The notes below the pieces were generated by a model. It had not been told where the DNA came from. It searched no databases and worked only from the letters and a program-made list of their open reading frames with translations. The position numbers were made by a program, and so were the translations under genes. A DNA stretch of 64,000 bases from an uncultured Candidatus Saccharibacteria bacterium. GTDB lineage: Bacteria; Patescibacteriota; Minisyncoccia; Portnoybacterales; UBA2143. Below are positions 48,501 through 57,639 of this stretch, in pieces (position 1 is the stretch's first letter; the number at the start of each line of letters is the position of its first letter). Where the stretch lies: assembly GCA_964403725.1 (NCBI GenBank), contig CAYOHI010000005.1, forward strand, positions 3,368 through 67,367, given 5' to 3'.

Positions 48501-49152
48501 CAAAGACCTGTCCATATTTCATACTTAAATCGCGATACTCAATTTCAGGAAGAATCTGATGCATATATAAAGATCTGACTTGCTTAACAGCCTGGTCACG
48601 CTGATCTTTTAGAGAAACCTTTTCAGTAGCAGTTAATTTCTCTAACTTGCCATCATCATCCTTCTTGCCTTTGAGCTTTGTCTTGTACTCTTTCTTGATC
48701 TCATCAATCACTTTCTTTCTTTCATCTTCATTGATATTGGTAATGATATATCCGGCAAAGTAAATTACTTTTTCCAGGTCTATAATAGAGCGGTCTAGAA
48801 TCAATCCCATCTTAGAAGGAATGCCTCTTAAAAACCAGATATGGGAAACTGGAACAGCCAGGCCGATATGGCCCATTCTCTCTCGACGGACCAAAGCTCT
48901 GGTTACCTCTACTCCGCATTTATCACAAACCACTCCTTTGTATCTGATCCTTCGATATTTACCGCAATAACATTCCCAATCTTTTTCCGGGCCAAAGATT
49001 TTCTCACAGAACAAACCGTCCTTTTCAGCACGCTGAGTTCGGTAGTTGATGGTTTCGGGCTTGGTTACCTCGCCATGCGACCAATCTAAAATATTCTCGG
49101 GAGACGCGAGCTTTAGGACTATTGATTTGAAATCTGATACTTTGATAGACAT
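45517..49152 (-). CDS. rpoC: DNA-directed RNA polymerase subunit beta'
   Basis: Zn finger CxxC...CxxC, NADFDGD catalytic motif, 1211 aa. Confidence 0.98.
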   Translation of the reverse strand: MSIKVSDFKSIVLKLASPENILDWSHGEVTKPETINYRTQRAEKDGLFCEKIFGPEKDWECYCGKYRRIRYKGVVCDKCGVEVTRALVRRERMGHIGLAVPVSHIWFLRGIPSKMGLILDRSIIDLEKVIYFAGYIITNINEDERKKVIDEIKKEYKTKLKGKKDDDGKLEKLTATEKVSLKDQRDQAVKQVRSLYMHQILPEIEYRDLSMKYGQVFEAGTGAETLRNIFESINLESLAKELSDLSKKANPGVKLKILKRLRLVEGMIRAKLRPEWMFLTVLPVLPPDLRPMVQLDGGRYATSDVNDLYRRVINRNNRLKRLIELNAPEVICRNEKRMLQEAVDALIDNSSRRGQVMVAASTGQKRVLKSLADMLKGKQGRFRQNLLGKRVDYSGRSVIVVGPDLKVHQCGLPKYMALELFKPFVINKLVEGGLAHNVRGAGRLIEEEIDEVWAILEEVTKGRCVFLNRAPTLHRLGIQAFQPVLIEGKAIRLHPLVCRAFNADFDGDQMAVHLPLSEEAQLEANNVMLSANNLLKPATGEPVAIPTQDMVLGCYWMTKIEDGLKGEGKIFANRSEALLAKTFGHIHLKARIKVRMPDAVEEGEDNLVETSVGRIYFNYSMPEDMEYINKTMKSKDLRKLIASIIDKFGIKEAAVILDKVKRMGFKYATTSGISWGMDDIQVPEEKKQWLKEIHRDLDQVQNQYDNGLLTDAERKSRVIEAWNNITDRIAKKTPDTLDPKGSVFNIFDSKARGSLEQLRQMSGMKGLVVNPSGEIIELPIRNSYKEGLSVLEYFISTHGGRKGMADTALKTATAGYLTRRLVDVCQDVVIRETDCGDRKGIYIYRQDEEDMGNTLALRITGRISLEKVTAKNEKGKDEVLIKSGQMIDKDIAQKIDETGIEKLNVRSTISCQSTSGICQKCYGYDLGRNELIKMGEAIGIVTAQAIGEPGTQLTLRTFHTGGVAGGGDITQGLPRVEEIFECRPPKGKATISEIDGQVANIIERNGNKVIQIKLSDEAKKKGKTSKKKDKIVEYSFPTNVVLRVEKGDLIAKGQQLNEGHIDLRELYKMSDRETVHRYIIREVQKIYTFAGENINDKHIEMIIRQMFSRLKIINPGNTKLLSGEMVEWSRFQKENKKITKKSGQTATAETLLLGVTKVSLTTESFLSAASFIETTRVLIDAAIAGKKDELKGLKENVIIGKLIPAGTGYKK

Positions 49153-49153
49153 A

Positions 49154-52100
49154 TTAATTCTCCACTAATTCAACATCTAAGCTTAGTGCTTTTAATTCGC
49201 TGACTAAAACATTAAATGAAGCTGGTACATTAGGAGCTTGGATCTTCTTGCCACGGATGATGGCATCGTATGCTCCGGCCCTGCCAGTTACATCATCTGA
49301 TTTAAAGGTCAGCATTTCTTGCAAGCTATGGGCTGCCCCATAGCCTTCCAAGGCCCAGACTTCCATTTCTCCAAAACGCTGCCCGCCAAACTGGGCCTTA
49401 CCGCCCAATGGCTGCTGGGTAATCAAAGAGTATGGGCCAACTGATCTCATATGCATCTTGTCTTCAACTAAATGCAAGAGCTTCATGACATAAATATATC
49501 CGACGGTCACTGGTTGCTCAAAAGCTTCTCCATTTCTTCCGTCATACAGAGTTACCTTGCCGCTTTCCGGCAGGCCAGCTTTCTTTAATTCATCCTTAAT
49601 ATCATCTTCGGTGATTCCATTAAGTGACGGACTGATCCCGTCATAGCCCAAAGAATTAGCAGCCCAGCCAAAGTGAGTTTCTAAAATCTGGCCAATGTTC
49701 ATACGAGAAGCAACACCTAAAGGATTAAGCACTACGTCAACCGGTGTTCCATCAGCTAGATATGGCATATCTTGTTCTGGCAGGACTTTAGAGATGACGC
49801 CCTTGTTTCCGTGACGTCCAGCTAGCTTATCACCAACTGAAATCTTTCTTAACTGGGCGATTTCAACTTGAATTGTCTTGATGACGCCGCTTGGCAGCTT
49901 ATCTCCCTTATCTCTTGAGAATACCTTGATGCCGACTACCCTGCCTCTCTTGCCATGCGACATTCTCTTGGAAGTATCCTTGACATCCCTGGCTTTCTCG
50001 CCGAAGATTGCTTGGAGCAATCTTTCTTCAGCAGTCAGGTCAGTCTCACCTTTAGGAGAAATCTTACCAACCAGAATATCGTTGGGACCGACTTCAGCTC
50101 CGACTCTGACAATTCCTTCTTCATCCAAGTCTTTTAATCTTTCTTCTCCGACATTTGGAATATCTGGAGTGGTAACTTCAGGTCCTAGTTTAGTTTCCCT
50201 GACATCACAGTCAAAGCTTTCAATATGGATTGAAGTATACCTGTCTTCTTTGACTAATTTTTCAGATAGGATAATAGCGTCTTCAAAGTTGCTACCTCTC
50301 AGAGACATAAAGGCAACTAGCAAGTTTTGACCTAAAGCCAATCTTCCGTTATCAGTAGCTGCTCCATCAGCCAGAACATCGCCCTTCTTAATTTTCTGGC
50401 CCTTTTTGACCAAGGGCCTTTGACAAATGCAGGTATATTGGTTAGTCCTGACAAAAGAGCGCAAAGGATATTCCTTAATCGCTTTCTTAGACTTACTGTT
50501 AACGCCCTTGATCCTTACTTTAATCATATCGGCATCAACTGCTGCAATCGTTCCATCTTCTTCAGCAATCATCATTTCCCCTGAATCTTCAGCTGCTTTG
50601 GCTTCCATGCCAGTACCGACTACTGGAGCTTGCGGCCTGACACAAGCCACAGCCTGGCGTTGCATGTTTGATCCCATTAATGCGCGGTTTGAATCATCGT
50701 GTTCTAAGAAAGGAATCAAGGCTGTAGCAATACTGATTGGCTGCTGCGGGATAACATCAATGAAATCAACGTCTTTTCGAGGAACCGTACTAGGTTCGCT
50801 ATGGACTCTAGCTTCGACTTCCTTATCCAAAAGCTTTCCTTTGTTATCAATTTTTACTCCGGCATGGGCAATGTTGTATTTCTCTTCTTCTGAAGCATTG
50901 AGATAAATAATTTCCTTGGTCAGTCTCCCCTTGTTAACTTTCCTGTATGGGGTTTCAATGAAGCCGTATTCATTCAGACGGGCACAGCTGGCCAAGTGAC
51001 CGACCAGTCCAATATTAGGACCTTCAGAAGTTTCAATCGGACAGATCCTTCCATAGTGAGATGAGTGCACGTCACGCACTTCAAAGCCAGCTCTTTCTCT
51101 GGTCAGTCCGCCTGGACCCATGGCTGACAGACGCCTCTTGTGTTCCAGTTCAGCTAAAGGATTATGCTGATCCATGAATTGTGAAAGCTGGGATGAAGTA
51201 AAGAATTCTTTAATAGAGGCAATGAAAGGCCGGGCATTGATCAACTGGCCCGGGACCAAGTCATGAAGCTCTAGAGTAGACATCCTGTCTCGAATGATTT
51301 TCTCGGTTCGAGCCATACCTACTCTTAATTTATTCTGCAATAGCTCTCCGAAAGCCTTGACTCGACGGTTGCCCAAGTGGTCAATATCATCTACTGTAGC
51401 CAATGGATTGTTGTTTAGTTCAATGATCTCTTTAATGATGCTGACCAAATCATCAAAACGCAAAACACGATCTTCTTGCTTGATCTTGCCTTCAGGCATA
51501 CTTAATCTCTGTCTCATCTTCCAACGCCCAACTTCGCCCAAATCATATCTTTCAAAAGAAAACATTGCTTCAATAAATCCCTGGGCATTGTCTTCAGTAG
51601 CCAGATCTCCTGGCCTGATCCTTTTGTAAATTTCAACGAAAGCCTGGCCGGTGGTTTTAGCAATGTCCTTTTCAATGGTCTTTTCGATATAGTCGATTTC
51701 CGTATCTACTTTTTCAAAAAGCTTCTTGATATCGCTGTTAGCCAGCTCTCCATTCTTAAAGCATTTTGGACTTTCAACTTCCATAGCTGCAAAAGCTCTC
51801 AATACTGAAGTGACAGGAACTTTTCTTTTCCGGTCGATCTTGACGCTGATTGATCCATCTGAATCAGTTTCAAATTCTAGCCAGGCACCTCTATTAGGAA
51901 TGACCTTGGCACCGAATAATTGGACGCCTTTGGACATCTGTGAAGTAAAGAAAGCGCCTGAAGATCTGATTAACTGAGAAATGACGACGCGTTCTACAGC
52001 GTTAACAATGAAAGTACCGCGCTGAGTCATCAAAGGAAAATCGCCCAAGAAAATATCTTGCTCTTTCTCTTCCTTAGTCTTGCTATTAGTCAGCTTGACC

Positions 52101-52342
52101 CGACAATACAAAGGAGCCTCATATGATACGTTATGAGTCTTTGCTTCAATCTCATTGTATTTTGGTTCCTCCAAATGATAGTCCAGAAAACGGAGTTCTA
52201 ACTCCTTATTACCCCAAGGGCGAATTGGCGAGAATTCATCCAAGAGCTCTCTTAAGCCTTTATCCCAGAACCATTGATAAGATTTTTTTTGAACTTCAAC
52301 TAGATCAGGCAGTTGAAAGTTAAATGGGGAGGTTTTTTTCAT
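49154..52342 (-). CDS. rpoB: DNA-directed RNA polymerase subunit beta
   Basis: 1062 aa with conserved beta blocks ([14 protein letters not shown] etc.); stop is 2 nt from the rpoC start. Confidence 0.98.
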   Translation of the reverse strand: MKKTSPFNFQLPDLVEVQKKSYQWFWDKGLRELLDEFSPIRPWGNKELELRFLDYHLEEPKYNEIEAKTHNVSYEAPLYCRVKLTNSKTKEEKEQDIFLGDFPLMTQRGTFIVNAVERVVISQLIRSSGAFFTSQMSKGVQLFGAKVIPNRGAWLEFETDSDGSISVKIDRKRKVPVTSVLRAFAAMEVESPKCFKNGELANSDIKKLFEKVDTEIDYIEKTIEKDIAKTTGQAFVEIYKRIRPGDLATEDNAQGFIEAMFSFERYDLGEVGRWKMRQRLSMPEGKIKQEDRVLRFDDLVSIIKEIIELNNNPLATVDDIDHLGNRRVKAFGELLQNKLRVGMARTEKIIRDRMSTLELHDLVPGQLINARPFIASIKEFFTSSQLSQFMDQHNPLAELEHKRRLSAMGPGGLTRERAGFEVRDVHSSHYGRICPIETSEGPNIGLVGHLASCARLNEYGFIETPYRKVNKGRLTKEIIYLNASEEEKYNIAHAGVKIDNKGKLLDKEVEARVHSEPSTVPRKDVDFIDVIPQQPISIATALIPFLEHDDSNRALMGSNMQRQAVACVRPQAPVVGTGMEAKAAEDSGEMMIAEEDGTIAAVDADMIKVRIKGVNSKSKKAIKEYPLRSFVRTNQYTCICQRPLVKKGQKIKKGDVLADGAATDNGRLALGQNLLVAFMSLRGSNFEDAIILSEKLVKEDRYTSIHIESFDCDVRETKLGPEVTTPDIPNVGEERLKDLDEEGIVRVGAEVGPNDILVGKISPKGETDLTAEERLLQAIFGEKARDVKDTSKRMSHGKRGRVVGIKVFSRDKGDKLPSGVIKTIQVEIAQLRKISVGDKLAGRHGNKGVISKVLPEQDMPYLADGTPVDVVLNPLGVASRMNIGQILETHFGWAANSLGYDGISPSLNGITEDDIKDELKKAGLPESGKVTLYDGRNGEAFEQPVTVGYIYVMKLLHLVEDKMHMRSVGPYSLITQQPLGGKAQFGGQRFGEMEVWALEGYGAAHSLQEMLTFKSDDVTGRAGAYDAIIRGKKIQAPNVPASFNVLVSELKALSLDVELVEN

Positions 52343-52391
52343 ATTATCTAAAAAATATTATGACCAAACAGACCATATACACAAAAACACG

Positions 52392-52417
52392 CCCTTCCCT
52401 GTCTTTTGGAAGGGGCT
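52392..52417 (-). terminator. hairpin terminator/attenuator between the small upstream gene and rpoB
   Basis: gcccttcc-ctgtctttt-ggaagggc; minus strand followed by tgtttttgtg. Confidence 0.5.
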
Positions 52418-52527
52418 TTTCATCTTACAAAATTGTCTTATCTGCAAAAAGTATTAATGGTTTTAATACCTCTCTAAAAACTACTTAATTCAAGTATATA
52501 TGAATGTGAAAAAATGTCAAGTTAAAA

Positions 52528-52788
52528 TTACTTAATACCCTTGAGTCCCAGTTTGAATTCTAACTTCTTAACTCTTTTCTCTAAATCCTCCACTTCAAAA
52601 CGATATGCGACATTGCTTAATTTTGACTGAATATCTTCTTGACCTTGCTTTAGATCAAAAAAATTTATCTCCATTTTCTCAAAGCGCTTATCTATCTTTT
52701 CAAAGCGCTTATTATTTCTTTTATCTGCATCATCAAATCCCTTTTGGATCATGATAGCTAATTTTTCATTTGTCATTTCTCTCTTCAT
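52528..52788 (-). CDS. small Lys/Glu-rich coiled-coil protein, hypothetical
   Basis: 86 aa ORF; compositional paralog of the next ORF. Confidence 0.4.
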   Translation of the reverse strand: MKREMTNEKLAIMIQKGFDDADKRNNKRFEKIDKRFEKMEINFFDLKQGQEDIQSKLSNVAYRFEVEDLEKRVKKLEFKLGLKGIK

Positions 52789-52846
52789 AGCTTTTTATCG
52801 GTTTAGTTGATATATATATTATTCCAATTACAAAAACCAAATATAT

Positions 52847-53083
52847 TTAAGAAGTTGCTTTTAAATCCAAATGCCCTTTTATTTGATCTATTTCCCCTTG
52901 CATGCGATCATGAGCTAGCTTGTCCATTTTTGATTCTTGATCAATCTTATCAAATTGACCAGCTATACCATCAATAGCATTCATCATATTATTAAAATCA
53001 CCTTTCGAAGGCATTTTTTCCTCTAAGTTTTTTAAATCTTCTTTAGTAGCTAACTTATTAAATTGTTCTGGTGTTAGAGTCAT
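52847..53083 (-). CDS. small coiled-coil protein, hypothetical
   Basis: 78 aa ORF. Confidence 0.4.
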   Translation of the reverse strand: MTLTPEQFNKLATKEDLKNLEEKMPSKGDFNNMMNAIDGIAGQFDKIDQESKMDKLAHDRMQGEIDQIKGHLDLKATS

Positions 53084-53124
53084 GTATATATTTTAACTCA
53101 TTGGAAATTCTTGTCAAATAAAAA

Positions 53125-53151
53125 TGAGCTCCCGTTGAAGAACGAGAGCTC
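53125..53151 (-). terminator. intrinsic terminator of the O-antigen-ligase-like gene
   Basis: tgagctcccgtt-gaag-aacgagagctca (12-bp stem, one mismatch), then tttttattt on the minus strand. Confidence 0.65.
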
Positions 53152-53174
53152 ACCTTATGAAGTCTTACAATGAC

Positions 53175-55748
53175 TTACTCTTCTGCCGGAGCTACTTCTG
53201 GATTTGGAATTGAAGTTTCTTCAGTTCCTCCTCCGCCCAGCTGCTGAATCTTAGCCTTAATATTCTCGTCATTAGGCATCATTTGCTCTAGAATCTGATA
53301 CTGAATCAAAGCATCTTCAATTCTATTATCTGATTCATAGGAAAGAGCCAAGGCATAACGGGCATTAGCATACTGTGGAGTGATGATAACGGCTTGTTCA
53401 AACATCGGAATCGCTTCCTTTGTTCTCTCAAGGTTGAAATACAACCTGCCAGTCTGGAAATATATTTCAGTGGCTGCCCCAGCAAAATCTGATCCTCGCT
53501 GGAAGCTAACACCCCTTAATTTTTCCAAAATGGCTTCCATTTTCTCCAAAGCTATCTCTAAATCGCCTTTTTGCTCATAAACCAAAGCTAATTGGACATG
53601 GGCATCAAGATAGTTATCCTTCAGTTCGACAGAGCGCTGACAATGGCCAATGGTCTCATCCCAGTCCTTTTCTTCGCTAATCAGGTTCAAACGACACCTT
53701 TCGCGATAGAAAAACGGATTATTAGGCTCTAATTCAGCCGCTTTGGCAAAAGCTTCTAGGGAAAACGGCAATGTTCCCCCTACCAGACCCCTGGCATCAC
53801 GGTAAATTGCGCCTAAATTCTCCCAAGCAGCTACTGAATTAGGGCTTAGAGTCGTCGCTAACCTGGCCTGCTGGATAGAACCGGCTGCCAGAGCTTGCAA
53901 GAGCTGTACATTCTGCTCTGCTTCCGGCTTATTCGCCTCAGCCCAAGCTGTAATCAGATATGCTTGGGAAAGAGCTCTTCGGTAGCTTTCCTGGTAGTTG
54001 TTCAGGATAACGCTGCGCTCCAATTTAGCCACTAATTCTTCGTTAGTTTCAACCGGATCTAGGAATTTGACATCCGCCCAGTAGAATCTTCCTCCTAAAT
54101 AGAAGAAACCTGCCAGAGCGAAGACTAAGATGAGCAAAACTACGTTTAGAACCAATCCGATTTCAGGCATCTTATCGAAGGAAAAACTGATCTTTTTGAA
54201 GGGCTGGTTCTGAACTCCCTGCCAAACTACTACTCCTAAGGCCATAAAGAACCAGAAATAGAAGGAAAGGACCGTATTTTGCATATACACGAATTGTGCC
54301 ACCAAAAGCGATAACCAAGCCAAAATTAGAGGGAAAACCGATATCGGATGACGCTTATCCGATATCGGATAAGTGGAAGATAGGGCTTTTAAGCGCTTTC
54401 TGCTCAAGAAAACCAGTCCAATAAGCAAGAATACCCCTAAAATCATGATATATGAGAGAATTCCCAAAATACCCATGGTTCCAATAGTCTCTAAGATATG
54501 GTTCGGACCCCTGTCAAACCTGACATTCCAGAAATCAGTATTGTTAAACTCTACTGGCTTGAACTTCGAGAAATCTGCAATATATGTCCCTGGACCTGAT
54601 CCAAGAATCGGATAATCCTTCAAGCTCTGCCAAGCAACTGTTCTTGATACCTGGGAATCAAGGATCAATTCCTGCGGCAATGGAAGCAATTGGTTCAAAT
54701 CGCTCAAAAAACCAATCTTACCTGGCAGATTAAACCAGAAAAAACCGGAAATTAGGAGCAAAATTATTGGCAGAGTTAATAAGTTAACTCTTTCTTTGAA
54801 TAACCTGGTCCAAAAGGCAATAACTAGCAAAATGAACATAGTCAGGCCCAGAATTGCCCAAGCAGCAGAGAAATTGATCAAAAGCAGCAAAATCAATGAT
54901 GCTACTAGGAATAGAACCTTGCTTCTCATTCCAGAAGCGCTACCTTTGGATTTCTTCCAAAACATCAGTAATCCCAATATTTTCTTAAAGAATCCTTTCT
55001 TAGTAGCCCCTAGGTCACCTTTAGCAATGCTTTTCTTTGGTACTTGGCTTAAGATCAAACCAACTACCAAGCTCATAGCCATAGCTAAGAAAATAGCCAG
55101 GCCCTCTAGAGAGCCACTGACCGTGTTAAAGGAACGGAAAGTCATCATTTGGGGAAGACCCGGAATCTTGCTCCAAATATTAAAGACGGACAGATAAGCT
55201 GTAACTACAACTATCCAGCTGGAAATCAAGAACAAGCTATAAACCTTTTCCAAAGAAAGACCCCAGATTGTCTTGATTGTTCCCCCACTTGAGGAACTTG
55301 GCTTTACGCTCTTCACATTATTAACCACCACAAAGTACATAACTATCAAAGCCAAGGCTCCGATAACCGAACCTGAGAAGCGGCCGTAGAATCCAAACCA
55401 AGAAGATATTGAATCAATAGAAAAAACTGCACTTAGGACTAAGATCAAAACAAAGACCAGAATCCAAACATCAAGTGCAGTTCGACGAAAGAATAGCTTC
55501 TTGCGGACAACCGCCAATTTGCCCAGCCAAGCCATAAAGGCTATGCTGACCAAAAAGATTAATAAGTATTGCTTGTTAAACTCATATGCTTCGACTGTGA
55601 AAGGCAGCCAAAACAAAGGCATGAGAAAAACTAAGGCGTAAAGCGGAAACTTAATCAAGAAATTGATTATTTTACGCATATTTTTTACCACCCTGCTCGT
55701 AGTTAAGGAATCACAGAAATTATGGAATCTCTGATGACTTGTAGTCAT
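53175..55748 (-). CDS. O-antigen ligase/polymerase-like (Wzy_C) polytopic membrane protein fused to C-terminal TPR repeats
   Basis: >10 TM helices in the first ~600 aa; C-terminal ~250 aa have TPR-like repeats (AIYRDARG..., LALVYEQKGDLEIALEKM, YALALSYESDNRIEDALIQYQ). Confidence 0.55.
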   Translation of the reverse strand: MTTSHQRFHNFCDSLTTSRVVKNMRKIINFLIKFPLYALVFLMPLFWLPFTVEAYEFNKQYLLIFLVSIAFMAWLGKLAVVRKKLFFRRTALDVWILVFVLILVLSAVFSIDSISSWFGFYGRFSGSVIGALALIVMYFVVVNNVKSVKPSSSSGGTIKTIWGLSLEKVYSLFLISSWIVVVTAYLSVFNIWSKIPGLPQMMTFRSFNTVSGSLEGLAIFLAMAMSLVVGLILSQVPKKSIAKGDLGATKKGFFKKILGLLMFWKKSKGSASGMRSKVLFLVASLILLLLINFSAAWAILGLTMFILLVIAFWTRLFKERVNLLTLPIILLLISGFFWFNLPGKIGFLSDLNQLLPLPQELILDSQVSRTVAWQSLKDYPILGSGPGTYIADFSKFKPVEFNNTDFWNVRFDRGPNHILETIGTMGILGILSYIMILGVFLLIGLVFLSRKRLKALSSTYPISDKRHPISVFPLILAWLSLLVAQFVYMQNTVLSFYFWFFMALGVVVWQGVQNQPFKKISFSFDKMPEIGLVLNVVLLILVFALAGFFYLGGRFYWADVKFLDPVETNEELVAKLERSVILNNYQESYRRALSQAYLITAWAEANKPEAEQNVQLLQALAAGSIQQARLATTLSPNSVAAWENLGAIYRDARGLVGGTLPFSLEAFAKAAELEPNNPFFYRERCRLNLISEEKDWDETIGHCQRSVELKDNYLDAHVQLALVYEQKGDLEIALEKMEAILEKLRGVSFQRGSDFAGAATEIYFQTGRLYFNLERTKEAIPMFEQAVIITPQYANARYALALSYESDNRIEDALIQYQILEQMMPNDENIKAKIQQLGGGGTEETSIPNPEVAPAEE

Positions 55749-56044
55749 ACAAAGATTCTCTAAACCTCTAAGGCTTACTTTAAGCCACAGGGGTTTATAA
55801 AGACCTCCGGAAGGGTTGAGAGCTGTACTCTCAATAAGCTAAAGGTTGAACCTATAACCCTTTGTCCTCCTGGATTCTTTACTCGTTTCAGGATGATTGT
55901 TAATGTTTTATTTATTTGTTTTCGACCTTTATCTTTTCCATTTATTGTTTTAATTATACTCTATTTCTATGTTCTTTAGAAGTGGATAACTAGAATATAA
56001 AATTGATGAAATCTTTGCCAGTATAACTATCCCTAACTAAACTA

Positions 56045-56072
56045 TTGACAAAATTTTTTAATTTGTTATACT
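56045..56072 (+). promoter_or_regulatory. sigma70-like promoter (TTGACA-16-TATACT) with no downstream plus-strand ORF
   Basis: Consensus -35 and near-consensus -10 hexamers visible in sequence. Confidence 0.35.
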
Positions 56073-56079
56073 TTTAATA

Positions 56080-56162
56080 TAAATCTCCGGCCGGAGCGTA
56101 ACTCCATTTTATGGTCTTCTTATGACCAGGAGCCAACCTCCCACTTGGCGGGAGGTTTTTTA
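56080..56162 (+). ncRNA. candidate ~80-nt small RNA (promoter to intrinsic terminator, three hairpins)
   Basis: Bounded by promoter 56045-56072 and terminator 56137-56162; hairpins CUCCGG/CCGGAG, GGUC-uucuuau-GACC, CCUCCC-acuuggc-GGGAGG followed by UUUUUU; no ORF >4 codons. Confidence 0.3.
56137..56162 (+). terminator. plus-oriented intrinsic terminator
   Basis: cctccc-acttggc-gggagg followed by ttttttat; on the minus strand the hairpin is not followed by a T-tract. Confidence 0.7.
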
Positions 56163-56570
56163 TTCAAGAGGGAAACAAGACATGAAATATTTTCTTTTAC
56201 TTCTTTTATTCTCTTTTATTTGAACATAAAACAGCTCTCTATCTTTAGTAAGGCCCAAGAATCTGTATAAGATTTCTGTTTTCTTATTTCTATTGACCTC
56301 AATAGATGGCTTATTGCGAGAATTCTTCATTAATTCAATCGCACAATTGAAATATCTCAACCTTATAATTCTTTCCCTGTGTCTTTTTTGATGCAAATGA
56401 ATCCAAAAATAGTTGAAAAATATTTTTTGTTTTCCAAAATAAGCAGAACGGATATAAGGATTCCTCTTGGTTCTTTTCTTAATACGGTTAAATATGACTA
56501 AGGCATTTTTTCTTACTTCCTTGTAACTCGTTCCTGGTATTTTCTTTTTATTAGTTTGATATGGAATCAT
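56160..56570 (-). CDS. small highly basic protein, hypothetical
   Basis: 136 aa ORF, pI clearly basic (KR-rich); no motif recognised. Confidence 0.4.
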   Translation of the reverse strand: MIPYQTNKKKIPGTSYKEVRKNALVIFNRIKKRTKRNPYIRSAYFGKQKIFFNYFWIHLHQKRHRERIIRLRYFNCAIELMKNSRNKPSIEVNRNKKTEILYRFLGLTKDRELFYVQIKENKRSKRKYFMSCFPLE

Positions 56571-56631
56571 AAAATCATTTTGGCATACTGATAATAATCT
56601 TAAATAACGTTTCGATTTTTAACAAGATTTT

Positions 56632-57639
56632 TTACCTTAATAATTGTGTAACTAAAGCAATCATCTGTTCTTTTTCTTTAGGGTTGCTTTCAGCTATTAA
56701 GAGAGCTAAAGCAGTTAAGGTGTTGTCATTAATTTTCTTTTCCCCGTTTAATCTATGCAAAAAATCATTCTTATCTAAGAAATAGACGAATAAAAATGAT
56801 CCAATTCTTTTATTTCCATCAGAAAAAGGATGATCTTTAATTGTTAAATACAAAAGATTAGCTGCTTTTTCTTCTATACTTTTGTATAATTCTTTCTTAT
56901 TGAATGTCTGGTAGATATTTTTGACAACACCCTCAAACTTGTGATTAATTTCATTTCCAAATATATCCCCTGCTTCTTTCTTATCAATTAATTTCTTTTT
57001 TAACTCAACTATTATCTCTAAGCAATCTTGATATTCTAAAACAAATTTTGATTTGCTCTTCTTAATCTGTTTGATTTTATTCTTATCATATTGCTCTAAT
57101 AGAGTTAGAGTTTTGGAGTAATCGGATAATAAATCTAAAATTCCTTTTTCTTGACCTTTTAATAGTTTCTTTTGAGATTTCTTTTTTAGAAAAGAAATAG
57201 TATTTTGTAATTTATTGAATTGCTTTTCTGTTTCTAGTAGTCTTTCTCGATTTATTACATAACCCCTTAAAAGATAATTTTTGAGAGTTTTGGTTGCCCA
57301 GATTCTGAATTGAGTAGCTTTTTTTGAATTAACCCGATAGCCTACTGAGATGATCGCATCTAAATTATAAAATTTAGTTTTGTAGGTTTTATTATCAGCA
57401 GCAGTATGTTCCAAAATGGAACTAACTGAATTTTCATTTAGTTCTTTACTTTTGAATATATTATTTAAATGCTTGGTTATAGCTGGACGCTGCGTACCGA
57501 AAAGCAGAGATATTTGTCCTTGTGTAAGCCAAATACTTTCTTTATTAAATTTAACTTTTAACTCAACGTCACCACCCTTTGGCTGATAAATAATAATTTC
57601 TCCATTATTCAATTGTCTTTTGTTTAAAGTCATATTCAA
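56632..57639 (-). CDS. RhuM-family N-terminal domain fused to Fic/Doc domain (canonical HPFSDGNKR)
   Basis: N-terminal IIIYQPKGGDVELKVKFNKESIWLTQGQISLLFGTQRPAITKHLNNIF...FYNLDAIISVGYRVNSKKATQFRIWATKTLKNYL matches Virulence_RhuM; C-terminal DHPFSDGNKRIGSFLFVYFL is a Doc/Fic motif. Confidence 0.8.
   Translation of the reverse strand: MNMTLNKRQLNNGEIIIYQPKGGDVELKVKFNKESIWLTQGQISLLFGTQRPAITKHLNNIFKSKELNENSVSSILEHTAADNKTYKTKFYNLDAIISVGYRVNSKKATQFRIWATKTLKNYLLRGYVINRERLLETEKQFNKLQNTISFLKKKSQKKLLKGQEKGILDLLSDYSKTLTLLEQYDKNKIKQIKKSKSKFVLEYQDCLEIIVELKKKLIDKKEAGDIFGNEINHKFEGVVKNIYQTFNKKELYKSIEEKAANLLYLTIKDHPFSDGNKRIGSFLFVYFLDKNDFLHRLNGEKKINDNTLTALALLIAESNPKEKEQMIALVTQLLR

Noticed and set aside
55749-56160. 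Possible RNase P RNA, tmRNA, SRP RNA or 6S RNA in the 400-bp non-coding gap
   Set aside because: I looked for hallmark motifs and found none. These were AAAGUCCGGGCU (RNase P), a GGUUCGAnUCC T-arm with ACCA end (tmRNA), and GUCCGGAAGGAAGCAGC (SRP); only a weak CUCCGGAAGG resemblance exists. It is kept only as an unclassified sRNA candidate.
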